From a virus (taxonomy: Duplodnaviria; Heunggongvirae; Uroviricota; Caudoviricetes): a stretch of DNA of 34,056 nt. The notes under the pieces are model-generated. The model ran no database searches, was not told where the DNA came from, and was given only the letters and a program-made list of their open reading frames with translations. Positions 1 through 9,146 of this stretch are shown piece after piece. Where the stretch lies: the IMG/VR virus record IMGVR_UViG_2703718832_000004. One strand, written 5' to 3'. A program made the position numbers and the translations under genes. Numbering within the stretch: the first letter of the stretch is position 1; the number at the start of each line of letters is the position of its first letter.

Positions 1-741
1 TTATTTTGCCTCGGGGAGCGTGTAGTTTGATGCCAGTTGTGGCTGCACCACTTCGTGGCTTAACGGCTTGCTGACCACGTAACGGCCATTGACCACAGAA
101 ACGGTCGGTGGCTTACGGGTTTGCTCAAAGTAGTCGTAGCCCGGCTTCAGCTGCTCCCAGAAGTCCTTAAAGTTGGAATATTTATGGCGCTTCATATTGG
201 CGTCGGTCATGCGGAATGGGTAAATACTCACCTGCACGCTCGGCTGACCAAACACCAGCGCACCAGTAACGAACTGGAAGATCTCATCAATACCCTGATT
301 GGTCATCGCGTAGCAGCCGATGGAAACACAATCGCCGTGGATCATCAGATATTTCCCTTCATAACCATGCGCACGGTCATAGGCATTGGGGAAACCAATA
401 TTAATCGCTTTGTAGTAACGGCTGTCTGGTTTTAACTGATTACGCTGGACGCTATAAAACCCTTCCGGGCTTTTGAAATCGCCCTGACGCTGTTTTGGCC
501 CTAAGCCGCCGGAATATTTACAGATTTTATAGCTGTCGAGCAGTTGATATTGCTCGCCCATTTTGACGTAGAGATCGAGCGTACGTTCTTCCTTGAAGAT
601 CTGGATGTAGACAGGGGATCCCATCAACTGCTGCTTATACTCTTTGCTCACTGGCGTGGTCGAGCTACTGCTGCCCAGCAAACCGGCAAACGAAACGCAC
701 GGGATCAACAACATCGCAAGAATTAATGCGATTTTACGCAT
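1..741 (-). CDS. yafK: L,D-transpeptidase family protein (YkuD domain), YafK-like; complete, host gene
   Basis: 246 aa ORF with N-terminal signal peptide and the YkuD catalytic motif HGDCVSIGCYAM; sequence matches my recollection of enterobacterial YafK; ATG at 741..739, stop at 3..1. Confidence 0.75.
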   Translation of the reverse strand: MRKIALILAMLLIPCVSFAGLLGSSSSTTPVSKEYKQQLMGSPVYIQIFKEERTLDLYVKMGEQYQLLDSYKICKYSGGLGPKQRQGDFKSPEGFYSVQRNQLKPDSRYYKAINIGFPNAYDRAHGYEGKYLMIHGDCVSIGCYAMTNQGIDEIFQFVTGALVFGQPSVQVSIYPFRMTDANMKRHKYSNFKDFWEQLKPGYDYFEQTRKPPTVSVVNGRYVVSKPLSHEVVQPQLASNYTLPEAK

Positions 742-1032
742 ACTGCTTATTCCTTGATAAAACGGTTACACACGCCAGGACGGCAAAATGGATCCCAAAT
801 CGGAATAGTCTGGATTTGGAAGGCTCACATTATCACCAAAAGAGTTTTACGCAAGCCTGTCGGCGCAGGGTTTACAAATTTAGCACAGGGGCAGTTTTCA
901 ATAGTCCGAAAAGCGCATGTATCATTTATTTCCTAAGATTATGAAACCTCAATAGTAATATGCAAATAAGCAATTAATAATCCCGTTTACTCCTCCGGTC
1001 TTTTAAAATTCTCACCTTCATTCAGCCGGTTT

Positions 1033-1382
<350 letters not shown>

Positions 1383-1384
1383 AT

Positions 1385-1424
1385 TATGGGAAGAACTGGG
1401 TCAACATGGGAAGAGACTGGATGG
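1385..1424. repeat. tandem direct repeat, two approx 20-bp units each containing ATGGGAAGA followed by ACTGG
   Basis: Seen directly: ATGGGAAGA at 1385..1393 and again at 1405..1413, each followed by ACTGG one base apart in phase; lies between the host-like ORF and the first prophage gene. Confidence 0.5.
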
Positions 1425-1438
1425 AATATGCAATAACG

Positions 1439-1475
<37 letters not shown>

Positions 1476-1504
1476 CAGAACTCGCGCCAGCCTGATTGCA
1501 GATG

Positions 1505-1894
1505 TTACTCCTTTTTCCCCGTATCGGCATCGGGTTCACCATCAAACAGTTTGCCCTGCATCCGATCCAGTTCTTCTTTTCTGACCCGCTTCACTACGCT
1601 GTAGACCCACTGTAGCGAAACACCAAATTTGCGGGCCAGTTCGTGATGGTTGCGTCCGTCAAACTCCAGGAAGATTTCCCGGTCGCGCTGGCTAACCTTC
1701 CAGACCATGCCCATCGGAAAATAGACGTTTTGCCCACCCCAGACCTGCATCATGCGGTTCGCAACAGCCTGACCAATCTGGTCGGCAACTGCGGGTTCGA
1801 TATCAATAATCTCTCGGACGGTCTCAGAAGTGTGCTGTGCCAGTTCTACCAACAGTTCCGGCCCTTTACTACGAAACTGATTCAGGTCGCTCAT
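1505..1894 (-). CDS. Mor/C-family transcriptional activator (Mu middle/late operon regulator-like)
   Basis: ORF 1505..1924 trimmed to ATG at 1894 preceded by GGGAG RBS; C-terminal region (NVYFP...FDGRNHHELARKFGVSLQWVYSVVKR) resembles the Mor/C HTH region of phage Mu; last gene of the minus-strand early arm. Confidence 0.7.
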   Translation of the reverse strand: MSDLNQFRSKGPELLVELAQHTSETVREIIDIEPAVADQIGQAVANRMMQVWGGQNVYFPMGMVWKVSQRDREIFLEFDGRNHHELARKFGVSLQWVYSVVKRVRKEELDRMQGKLFDGEPDADTGKKE

Positions 1895-2319
1895 TGCTTC
1901 ACTCCCGCAGCTCTGCGCTGCCACTTCTTCAGTTTCTCAATAACGCTACTTGCCTGCTCATTGCTGAGCCAGCGTAACGCGCTGATGCCCGTTTCCCGTT
2001 TAACCCACAACGCCAGCGCCTGCTCTGAACAGTCACGGACGGTACCCGCCGCTGCCATTTCAAGCCAAAGCGCACGGATTTTCTTTGACTGGGGATGGTT
2101 ATCCAGCGGTAAGCCGGACCTGGCTTTTCCGGCAGGCTTAATGCGAAAGCCTTTCTTTTTCATGGATTCCAGCACGCGGTTGAGCTGCGGGGTATCCATC
2201 CCTTTGGTTGAGGCTTTGCCGGTCAGACCCTGTAGCATCTGGCGGTAGGTGTCCTCATCCATCTGGAGGTCATTGCGGGCAATATGGATGAGTTGAATAA
2301 GACGCTGCTTAGTCATCAT
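1891..2319 (-). CDS. GemA-like regulatory protein (Mu gp16 family, DUF1018)
   Basis: N-terminus MMTKQRLIQLIHIARNDLQMDEDTYRQMLQ matches the characteristic GemA start; ATG at 2319 preceded by AAGGAG; stop overlaps the Mor start region. Confidence 0.7.
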   Translation of the reverse strand: MMTKQRLIQLIHIARNDLQMDEDTYRQMLQGLTGKASTKGMDTPQLNRVLESMKKKGFRIKPAGKARSGLPLDNHPQSKKIRALWLEMAAAGTVRDCSEQALALWVKRETGISALRWLSNEQASSVIEKLKKWQRRAAGVKQ

Positions 2320-2524
2320 CGTCGCTCCTTTTACCTGCGCCACCGATATAATCGACATATAAAGGAAGCGCTACAGGCCAGCACAGGAACATAACAGCCC
2401 AACTGATCCAGTGTGCGGCACCGTTGTAACGTGAGTAAAAACCTGAGCGGCGGTGCAGTTCAGCAGTACACCACCCCACGAGACCATACCAGAACAGGGC
2501 ACATACAATAGATTCAGCCATCAT
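2309..2524 (-). CDS. small membrane protein (two predicted hydrophobic helices), function unknown
   Basis: 71 aa, hydrophobic segments CALFWYGLVGWC and WAVMFLCWPVALPLYV; ATGA start/stop overlap with the upstream gene suggests translational coupling. Confidence 0.5.
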   Translation of the reverse strand: MMAESIVCALFWYGLVGWCTAELHRRSGFYSRYNGAAHWISWAVMFLCWPVALPLYVDYIGGAGKRSDDDD

Positions 2525-3210
2525 AAGCCACTCCCCAGCTTCCGCTGTTCCTGCCCGCTGACAGGCTGATGCAGGCGGACGTTTTCCCCTTCTCTGTAAC
2601 CGATGTGGCGGGACATGTCCGCGTCACGTGATTTCCCGGCCCCACGGCCCGTGGTTGTGCCTGAGTCAGGGTATTTTTGTTCAAGCCAGAGGCTTGCCAG
2701 CTCCCGTTCTTCGCGGGACATAGCAAATAAATGAACCTCGCTGCGCACGGCCAGAACCCAGCCTTCGGCAAACTTGTCACCACGACTGGTCTTGGTCGTG
2801 TTTTTGATTCTTTTATTCTGCTGTCGAATATAGTTTTTACGGGCCACGATTAATTGTCTGGCCAGTACCTCCCATGTATATGAGGCCAGTTCAACCCGGT
2901 CTTTATTACCGTAAAAACCAACGCTGGGTTTAAAGCCGGAGTGAATAATAGACTTAACGCCAAATGCTACCTGGATAATATCCAGCAGACCCAGCATGTA
3001 TCGCGGCGGGTTAACGCTACCTGCTGCCCAGTAGTTACTGACGCTTTCATCAATATCACTGAGTGCGAGGTCAGCCTGGGTGATGTTATAGGCCTGCATC
3101 AGTTTCTGGGCGCGTTGCAGGGCCAGTGCAGCTTCATGAGGGTTGTCGGATTTCGCCAGCGCCAGCAACTTTTTTAACTTCTCCAGCAGCTTTTCATTAT
3201 TCTGCGGCAT
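2521..3210 (-). CDS. DUF2786-type phage early protein
   Basis: 229 aa; N-terminal motif LLEKLKKLLALAKSDNPHEAALALQRAQKLM is the signature I associate with DUF2786 prophage proteins. Confidence 0.55.
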   Translation of the reverse strand: MPQNNEKLLEKLKKLLALAKSDNPHEAALALQRAQKLMQAYNITQADLALSDIDESVSNYWAAGSVNPPRYMLGLLDIIQVAFGVKSIIHSGFKPSVGFYGNKDRVELASYTWEVLARQLIVARKNYIRQQNKRIKNTTKTSRGDKFAEGWVLAVRSEVHLFAMSREERELASLWLEQKYPDSGTTTGRGAGKSRDADMSRHIGYREGENVRLHQPVSGQEQRKLGSGL

Positions 3211-3493
3211 AAGTCACCCCCAGACGTTCGGCAAGGCGTTCCAGCTTTTTCTGCTTATGAAAGTCAATCATCAGGCCCATCCCGTTGAGGCGGAACTGTT
3301 CAATCATGATTTCAACGTCAGCCAGCTCCCCAGCCAGATCAACTTCATTGCCCAGTCCGTTCATGTTGCGGGCAGCGGCAGCGGCCAGTTCGGCGGCTTC
3401 TTCCATTAGCTTCAGCGCCTGTGCTTCAGGGCCAAAGGTTTTCAGGGCCAGATTGTAGATCGTCGAACGGTTATATAATTTCATGCCTTTCAT
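3197..3493 (-). CDS. MazG-like nucleotide pyrophosphohydrolase family protein (small all-alpha NTP-PPase)
   Basis: Start moved to internal ATG at 3493 (ATGA overlap with the stop of the upstream zinc-ribbon gene). Motifs LMEEAAELAAA and LAGELADVEIMIEQ fit the EExxE ... ExxD helix pair of MazG/HisE-like NTP-PPases. Confidence 0.5.
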   Translation of the reverse strand: MKGMKLYNRSTIYNLALKTFGPEAQALKLMEEAAELAAAAARNMNGLGNEVDLAGELADVEIMIEQFRLNGMGLMIDFHKQKKLERLAERLGVTYAAE

Positions 3494-3678
3494 TGTTTTG
3501 CCTCGCAGGGGATGAACTCCATGGCCGGGACTTCGGTGTAGTAATGCTGGCTGCAGTGCGGGCATACCAGCGTGATGAGGACGGCTGGAACATGGTATTT
3601 GCCAGAGGTAATGACGCTGGCGTCGCTGAACTTCAGAGTGGTGATACCTTTCTTACAGTTGGAACATTTTATGGACAT
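3490..3678 (-). CDS. small zinc-ribbon protein
   Basis: 62 aa with CSNCKKG ... CPHCSQ (two CxxC pairs); GAGGA RBS 7 nt upstream of ATG 3678. Confidence 0.6.
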   Translation of the reverse strand: MSIKCSNCKKGITTLKFSDASVITSGKYHVPAVLITLVCPHCSQHYYTEVPAMEFIPCEAKQ

Positions 3679-3757
3679 GATTTATTCCTCAATGCTGTTT
3701 TCGGCGTGCAGAAGCCCACGGCGCTGACGCCGAAATAAAAAAGAAATTGAATTAAAA

Positions 3758-4369
3758 TTAAATGGCAGCGATATCTAACGGAATATTAATTAGCTTCCCG
3801 TGTTTATCTTTCTCCCGGAAATTAATATAGGTTTTGGACATGGCCACCTGCAGTGATTCCGATATGGCCTCCATTGCCCGGTTCCAGCGCTCATCCTGAA
3901 TCTTGACGCGACGCAGGGAAAGAATGCGTCCGGTGTTAAGCTGGCCCTCTTTGTCCACCTGAAAAGCATCGCTGATGATGGCCCGCAGGTTGGCGTTCGC
4001 GCCTTCCGACCACTCGGTGACGCACTCGTCTATCAGGTCTTTGGCAATCTGCAGCTCTGGCCCGAACGTCAGGGTTTCCTGAACGCGGATGGTGATCTGC
4101 TGAGCACCGTCGAAGCTGCTGAAGGTCACGTTGCCTTTGGCACCGCCGCGCGTTCTGCCGTACTTCTCGGCCACAAGGTCAAGCCAGGCATAGCACTCGT
4201 CAAAGGCACGACGCTTGAAGTCACTGAGTTCATCGCGTCTAACCTTCGCGGCGGCAACCTGTTCTTTAACGAAAGAATCCATTGCAAGGTCATAGTCAGA
4301 CACCTGGTCAACCGGCACCAGACGCCCCTTACGGTCTTTCATGTAGTCTTCTTTATTTACTTCGCTCAT
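3758..4369 (-). CDS. conserved Mu-like phage early protein (possibly DUF3164 family)
   Basis: 203 aa ORF with AAGGTG RBS; size and position match the approx 200-aa uncharacterised early proteins of Mu-like prophages; family name is a recollection, not verified. Confidence 0.45.
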   Translation of the reverse strand: MSEVNKEDYMKDRKGRLVPVDQVSDYDLAMDSFVKEQVAAAKVRRDELSDFKRRAFDECYAWLDLVAEKYGRTRGGAKGNVTFSSFDGAQQITIRVQETLTFGPELQIAKDLIDECVTEWSEGANANLRAIISDAFQVDKEGQLNTGRILSLRRVKIQDERWNRAMEAISESLQVAMSKTYINFREKDKHGKLINIPLDIAAI

Positions 4370-4386
4370 CTCTGTTCACCTTATGG

Positions 4387-4656
4387 TTAATGTAATGACT
4401 CTGACCAGGTAATACGGCAGCCATGCAGTTCAAAGACGCCCTGACGAAAGCGCCCTGAGCCGTCATGACCAACATGGGTATAACTCGCTTTGCCCTGCTC
4501 CAGCAGGCGGGCACAGTGCCCGTTACGGGCGATACGGATAACCGGCTTACTGCCAGCAATCATGACGCTCTGCACGGTAGTGTTCATGGCGTTGAGCGCC
4601 ATAATGGCGGACTGGACCTTACTCATCTGCTGATTGATATCGGCGATGGATTTCAT
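4387..4656 (-). CDS. hypothetical small early protein
   Basis: 89 aa ORF directly downstream of the transposition ATPase, AGGGGG RBS before ATG 4656. Confidence 0.5.
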   Translation of the reverse strand: MKSIADINQQMSKVQSAIMALNAMNTTVQSVMIAGSKPVIRIARNGHCARLLEQGKASYTHVGHDGSGRFRQGVFELHGCRITWSESLH

Positions 4657-4658
4657 GG

Positions 4659-5825
4659 TTAAACCCCCTTGACGACGTCGGCGTTGACCTGCGGAACCCC
4701 GATTTCAGCGGCCAGATTCATGGCGGCTATCACCAGGTTACTGACGGCCAGCGGATACAGCAGGCTGACCATGCTTTTACGGTTGCTGCCCAGATTGCTC
4801 AGGCGGGCACGGATGGCTTCCACAGCGCTGGCGTCCATGATGTCGGCCAGCTGCTTACCGGCGCGTTGCAGTTTGAACGCCAGAAATTCTTCGAGACTGT
4901 TATCCAGTGGCAGCAGCTCAACCACCTCGCAGCGCTGGACGACTTCACGCACTTCCATATTGCGTTCGGACAGCTTGTCCGCCAGTTCAGGCTGGCCAAT
5001 CAAGACGATGGACAGCAGTTTTTTGAAGCCGGACTCCAGCTCGAAAAAGCGTTTGAGGTGCTTCAGCGTCGGAATAGGCAGACTGTGGGCCTCCTCAATG
5101 ACCAGAACGTGGCTGAAACCTGCCTGACTGCTGTCCTTCAGGACGCGGTGCAGCTGGCGGAAACGGGCGTCCTGACTGCGTTTGATACCTTCAAGTGGCG
5201 CGATGGTGCTGATGATGGCCTCGGCGATAGCTGCCGCCTTCAGGGTTTTGCCCTTTACGTCGTTGTCCTCCATGGCAATGATGTACGGTTCGATGACAAT
5301 CACTGGCGCGTTCTCGCGGTTGACGCGTTCAATCAGGTCGCGGCGCAGCGTGGATTTACCCGCGCCGGACTCGCCAATAACCGCTAGAAAGCCACCGTGA
5401 CGGGCTGTCTGGAATAGTGCCTCACGCACGTAGCGGATATCTGGCGTGGTAAACACATCGTCCGCGCCCTGCATGGATTCATCGGCGAACGGGTCACGGA
5501 AAAGGCCAAACGCTTTTTTAGTTGCTGGAAATAACACCTGCTTTTTGAGTAACATGTTCTCTTCCTCACTGAGGTTGGTTTTATCGGTAGTACCCGCTGT
5601 ACAGGGCGTGACAGCGCCCTGTGCAGCATCAAAACTCTTCGCTGTATCAATTCCCTGACTTTCCAGCCAGGACGCCAGACGCTGACGCACCGCCTCCGGG
5701 CTGGTGCGGGGCCACTCGTTGTGGTTCACAATCTGGGCCAGCGTGGCCTCGGAAACGGCGACGGCTCTTGCCACCACCGCCTGCGGGATGCGGGCCTCTT
5801 TCAGTTGTTGCTTCAGTACCAGCAT
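4659..5825 (-). CDS. AAA+ ATPase, transposition target-DNA activator (Mu B-like / TniB-like)
   Basis: 388 aa; N-terminal HTH-like region, Walker A GESGAGKST and Walker B-like VLVIEEAH; sits immediately downstream of the transposase as in transposable phages; GAGGAGG RBS. Confidence 0.8.
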   Translation of the reverse strand: MLVLKQQLKEARIPQAVVARAVAVSEATLAQIVNHNEWPRTSPEAVRQRLASWLESQGIDTAKSFDAAQGAVTPCTAGTTDKTNLSEEENMLLKKQVLFPATKKAFGLFRDPFADESMQGADDVFTTPDIRYVREALFQTARHGGFLAVIGESGAGKSTLRRDLIERVNRENAPVIVIEPYIIAMEDNDVKGKTLKAAAIAEAIISTIAPLEGIKRSQDARFRQLHRVLKDSSQAGFSHVLVIEEAHSLPIPTLKHLKRFFELESGFKKLLSIVLIGQPELADKLSERNMEVREVVQRCEVVELLPLDNSLEEFLAFKLQRAGKQLADIMDASAVEAIRARLSNLGSNRKSMVSLLYPLAVSNLVIAAMNLAAEIGVPQVNADVVKGV

Positions 5826-5836
5826 GTTTTTCCTCC

Positions 5837-7606
5837 TCAGTTGCCGTTAACGATGCTGATAACGCTGCTGCGGGCCGGAGTGGTCAGGGTGACCATCACC
5901 TCATCCAGTGCGGCTTCCGGTACGCCGTCCGGGTACCGTGCCGTTAACTGGCGGTAACATTCCGGCGTCCAGGTATGGCCGTTCGCGCTGAACTTCTCGC
6001 GCAGGACTTTTGCAGCCTCCACATGGGTCAGCGGACGCTGCTCAATACGCGGCCCGCGCACATCTGAAGCCTGACCGCGCTTCGGCATATAGGCCGGAAG
6101 CGTGGTGTCGTCGATATGTTTATACGGGTCAAGCCGTCCGCCAAACGGCAGCGCCTTCGCCTTGCGTGCAGCTGCTGCATCGGCGGCGTTGTCGGTGCCG
6201 GTGACCAGCTCTTCGATTTCTTTTTCCGCCGTTTGCGCCGGGGTCTCCGGCAGGGCTTTGTAGTTTTCGCCAAATACCGCCGCGCTTTCGGCAAAGCCAA
6301 ACTCGTTCTTTCTGACCTCTTCGACCAGGAAGAACGTCTCGTGCCCGTCTTCGCCGGTCAGTACCACCTGCGCCACATCGCTGCGCCATGGGTTGCGGGT
6401 AATCATCAGCTTTTCGCCAACCATCACGCCCGGCACCGTCGAAACATCAAACTCTGCGCCCCGGAACGGTACACGCAGTTTTGATGTGACCTTGCGACTT
6501 TCCGGCGCAGCCACCGCCAGTTCGCGGCATACCTCAACGGATGGCGCTTTCTTCAGCTGCTCAGCGGTAATTTTCAGCCAGATATCCGTGCGGGTTTTAC
6601 CGTGGCGACTGTGAACTGCAGTGGCGTTAAAGTGGCAGCGCCATTTCACGGCCAGCGCGTTCAGTTCTTCCAGGCTGTGAACCGGCTGGAACTTGAGACC
6701 CGGCTCCAGCTTGCGTTCGATAATGTCACGGGCCTTTTCCACCTGCCCGGTAGCGCGGGCGTTATGCGGCTTGTGCGCTATCAGGTCGATGCCAAGCGAG
6801 CGGCACATGTTTTTCGTCATGCCAGCGGTGTTCGCCGAGCCGGGGTCGAGATAGAGTATTTTCGGCACACCGTGCAGTACGTCTGCGCCGCCGCGCTCCT
6901 GCATGGCGTTGATAAGCACAGAGCAAAGGTTTTCACCCGACTCCGCGCCCATCACGTACTCAACGTAAATCCAGCCGCTGGTATGGTCGGTAATCTCGTA
7001 ACTCCACACGCGGTCACTGGCGATGCGTGCGATGTTGGCAGGCTTGTTCTTGTAGAACTTCGCGCTGTCCATCACCTGCAGCCCTTTATGGCCGTTGCTC
7101 AGGTAGTAAAGCGTACAGAGTGAGGCATCAATCTCCCAGACGTGGTTGGGATGCAGGCTGGCCATCTCAGACGACGGAGCCGGTGCGTCAAGCTGCTCCG
7201 GGTGCAGGCCATAGTTACGCAGGGCGCGGCTGATGGTGTCCTCGGACAGCGGGAAAAACTCGCCTGTGGCCTCGTCCGTTCTGCCTGCAGTGATAAAGCC
7301 GTTTGAACGCAGTGTCTCCACCGCATCCGCGATGGAATACAGGCGCTTACCGTTCTTACGGGTGGCCTCGCGTAGCGTGGCAGATATCAGCGCGGCTTCG
7401 TCGCGGCTCAGGGCGCTGCGCCCGGCATCGGCGCGTTTTTTACGTTTGTCAGTCACTGATACCTCCTTCAGCTTGCGCAGCAGGGTGGCGCGGGACATGC
7501 CCAGTTCAGCGCAGGCGGCGTCGTATATCGCACCGCGCTTACCATGCCCCGCGTCACGTGCCGCGCGGGCAACATAAACCAGTCGTTCAGTCAGGGCGGC
7601 ACTCAT
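5837..7606 (-). CDS. DDE-type transposase (rve/integrase-core superfamily; phage transposase A equivalent)
   Basis: 589 aa; N-terminal HTH (MSRATLLRKLKE), then candidate acidic catalytic residues (WEIDAS, LYLDPGSANTAG); AGGAGG RBS; followed by the AAA+ ATPase. Not obviously alignable to Mu A by eye; resembles the Tn552-type transposases recalled for BcepMu-type phages. Confidence 0.75.
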   Translation of the reverse strand: MSAALTERLVYVARAARDAGHGKRGAIYDAACAELGMSRATLLRKLKEVSVTDKRKKRADAGRSALSRDEAALISATLREATRKNGKRLYSIADAVETLRSNGFITAGRTDEATGEFFPLSEDTISRALRNYGLHPEQLDAPAPSSEMASLHPNHVWEIDASLCTLYYLSNGHKGLQVMDSAKFYKNKPANIARIASDRVWSYEITDHTSGWIYVEYVMGAESGENLCSVLINAMQERGGADVLHGVPKILYLDPGSANTAGMTKNMCRSLGIDLIAHKPHNARATGQVEKARDIIERKLEPGLKFQPVHSLEELNALAVKWRCHFNATAVHSRHGKTRTDIWLKITAEQLKKAPSVEVCRELAVAAPESRKVTSKLRVPFRGAEFDVSTVPGVMVGEKLMITRNPWRSDVAQVVLTGEDGHETFFLVEEVRKNEFGFAESAAVFGENYKALPETPAQTAEKEIEELVTGTDNAADAAAARKAKALPFGGRLDPYKHIDDTTLPAYMPKRGQASDVRGPRIEQRPLTHVEAAKVLREKFSANGHTWTPECYRQLTARYPDGVPEAALDEVMVTLTTPARSSVISIVNGN

Positions 7607-7609
7607 GGG

Positions 7610-8521
7610 TTATGCCTCCTGCCCGTTAATCTGTGGCGTCGGGTCAGTCAGCCATGAAGGGGCGGAGTTGCCTGTCGGCTCGTCCGGCAGGTCAAATGTG
7701 GAGCGCAGGCTACGCGCGGTGCTTTCCAGCTGGCAGACCAGACCGGCCATAAAGTCTCTGGGGGTATCAATCATGTTTTCAGCGCAGTATACGCACAGGG
7801 TCTCAAAGGCACTGGACAGTCGAACGGCGATGGCAGATTCCGCCTCAACCGCTAACGCCGTCACTTCTGCCCGCAGCTTCTTCACCTCTTCGTCAGGCTT
7901 AGGCGGCTGGATACGGGATTTCTTTTCCAGCTTTGTGGAGAGCGAGTCGATTTTTTCGTTTTTGTCGGCGAGTACGCGCTGTTGTGCTGCGTTGGTTTCA
8001 CGCGCTTCACGTAGGGCTGCCTTCAGTTCGCGGCTGGTCATGCGATCAATATCATCAAGCGTTGCCCCGGCGACGGTTCCACCATCAGCCAATGCGTCGA
8101 GTTCTTCGTCATCCAGAACCATCAGTTCATACAACTTGGTCTTACCTAAAACGGTCAGCGCTGTCCGTTTTGAATTTTGATCGCCATTACCCAAAAATTT
8201 CACGCTGGCCTGCATCATGCGGCGTGCGACGCGCGGCTCAAGGCCGAGGTCATTTTCGAGAATATTTATAAAATCGCCGTGAGGTTCATTCTCCTTGAGA
8301 ATTACCAGCCGCTTACCCGCCTCCAGCATGGCTTCAGCACTCTGAGCCATATAAAACCGTGTTTCGTGAACGATACGATCACGTTCATACGGCAGACCAT
8401 CACCGAACTGCTGCATGATTTCGAGGCGATGTTCTGTCATGGCATTAAGACTAACATTGAGGCCATCACTCAGCGATGCGTCTTCCACTAGTTCAACTGG
8501 TTGTGATTTTGTGCGTCCCAT
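7610..8521 (-). CDS. hypothetical early protein (coiled-coil rich), function unknown
   Basis: 303 aa ORF with AAGGAG RBS, between the winged-helix gene and the transposase; central region predicted coiled coil (LKAALREARETNAAQQRVLADKNEKIDSLSTKLEKK). Confidence 0.6.
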   Translation of the reverse strand: MGRTKSQPVELVEDASLSDGLNVSLNAMTEHRLEIMQQFGDGLPYERDRIVHETRFYMAQSAEAMLEAGKRLVILKENEPHGDFINILENDLGLEPRVARRMMQASVKFLGNGDQNSKRTALTVLGKTKLYELMVLDDEELDALADGGTVAGATLDDIDRMTSRELKAALREARETNAAQQRVLADKNEKIDSLSTKLEKKSRIQPPKPDEEVKKLRAEVTALAVEAESAIAVRLSSAFETLCVYCAENMIDTPRDFMAGLVCQLESTARSLRSTFDLPDEPTGNSAPSWLTDPTPQINGQEA

Positions 8522-8530
8522 TTCAACTCC

Positions 8531-8836
8531 TTAGCGACCGCCAGCCATAACACGCTGGTTGATTTCATTAATACGATCCTGCGCCCGCGCCATCTCGGTG
8601 CTATGCGCCATGGCAATTTGTAAGAGCTGGACTCCAGGGGCAAAACGCCCGTTATCCAGTTTGAGGGCCAGTCCCTCTTCGATAAGGGTATTGAGTGCCC
8701 GATTGATATTCGCCGGGGACTCGCCCAGGGCTGATGCCAGTTCACCGTTAGAAACCCCATTCAGAGCGTGACCACGCAGTGCTTTAAGAACGCGAAGAAT
8801 GCGAGATCCAGAACTGGATACATTTGCTTTGCTCAT
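8531..8836 (-). CDS. winged-helix DNA-binding protein (putative early regulator)
   Basis: 101 aa; HTH-like segment NGVSNGELASALGESPANINRALNTLIEEGLA; AGGAGG RBS; ATGA overlap with the Ner-like gene stop. Confidence 0.55.
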   Translation of the reverse strand: MSKANVSSSGSRILRVLKALRGHALNGVSNGELASALGESPANINRALNTLIEEGLALKLDNGRFAPGVQLLQIAMAHSTEMARAQDRINEINQRVMAGGR

Positions 8837-9057
8837 GACGCCTCCTGAAGAATGCCTGGTGTAACTTCTTTGCCGATCACGACTGATAAATCACGCAGAA
8901 TGCGATAGGTCAGACGTCCGCGAGGAAGTTCATTTTTGCCAGCCCAGCGGCTTACCGCTTGAGTGACTGTTCGTGGCTCATAGCCCGCGTTAAGCGCGAA
9001 CTGACGTAGGCTGCTGCCCCGTTCAACCAGTCGTGCTCGAACTTGCTGTTTGTTCAT
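8833..9057 (-). CDS. ner: Ner-like DNA-binding protein (early operon regulator)
   Basis: ORF 8833..9063 starts on GTG; ATG at 9057 preferred. SLRQFALNAGYEPRTVTQAV resembles the Ner HTH (Mu Ner has SRQFGYAPTTLANAL); first gene of the minus-strand early arm, divergent from the repressor. Confidence 0.65.
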   Translation of the reverse strand: MNKQQVRARLVERGSSLRQFALNAGYEPRTVTQAVSRWAGKNELPRGRLTYRILRDLSVVIGKEVTPGILQEAS

Positions 9058-9096
9058 ATGCACCGTGTTCCTATTGGGTTATGATGTACTCAATAT

Positions 9097-9114
9097 GAAT
9101 AAGTGTACTTATTC
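9097..9114. promoter_or_regulatory. operator-like inverted repeat GAATAAGT-GT-ACTTATTC in the repressor/early-operon divergent region
   Basis: Seen directly: 8-bp arms with 2-bp spacer at 9097..9114, flanked by two copies of ATGAATAA (9094..9101 and 9118..9125) inside the 89-bp AT-rich intergenic region 9058..9146. Confidence 0.5.
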
Positions 9115-9146
9115 AAAATGAATAACTCAAGTGAGATTTATTTGAA

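Noticed and set aside
121-435. 104-aa plus-strand ORF inside yafK
   Set aside because: Antisense to the L,D-transpeptidase gene, which has a clear catalytic motif.
3758-4369. Possible Gam (Ku-like host-nuclease inhibitor) in the early arm
   Set aside because: The 203-aa protein does not resemble the Mu Gam sequence as I recall it; no Gam call made.
4669-5127. 152-aa plus-strand ORF inside the AAA+ ATPase gene
   Set aside because: Antisense to the Walker-motif ATPase; Ser/Leu/Arg-rich low-complexity translation.
5837-7606. Calling the transposase a direct Mu A orthologue with symbol A
   Set aside because: The protein is shorter than Mu A (589 vs about 660 aa) and I could not recognise Mu A-specific domains by eye; it is called a generic DDE transposase.
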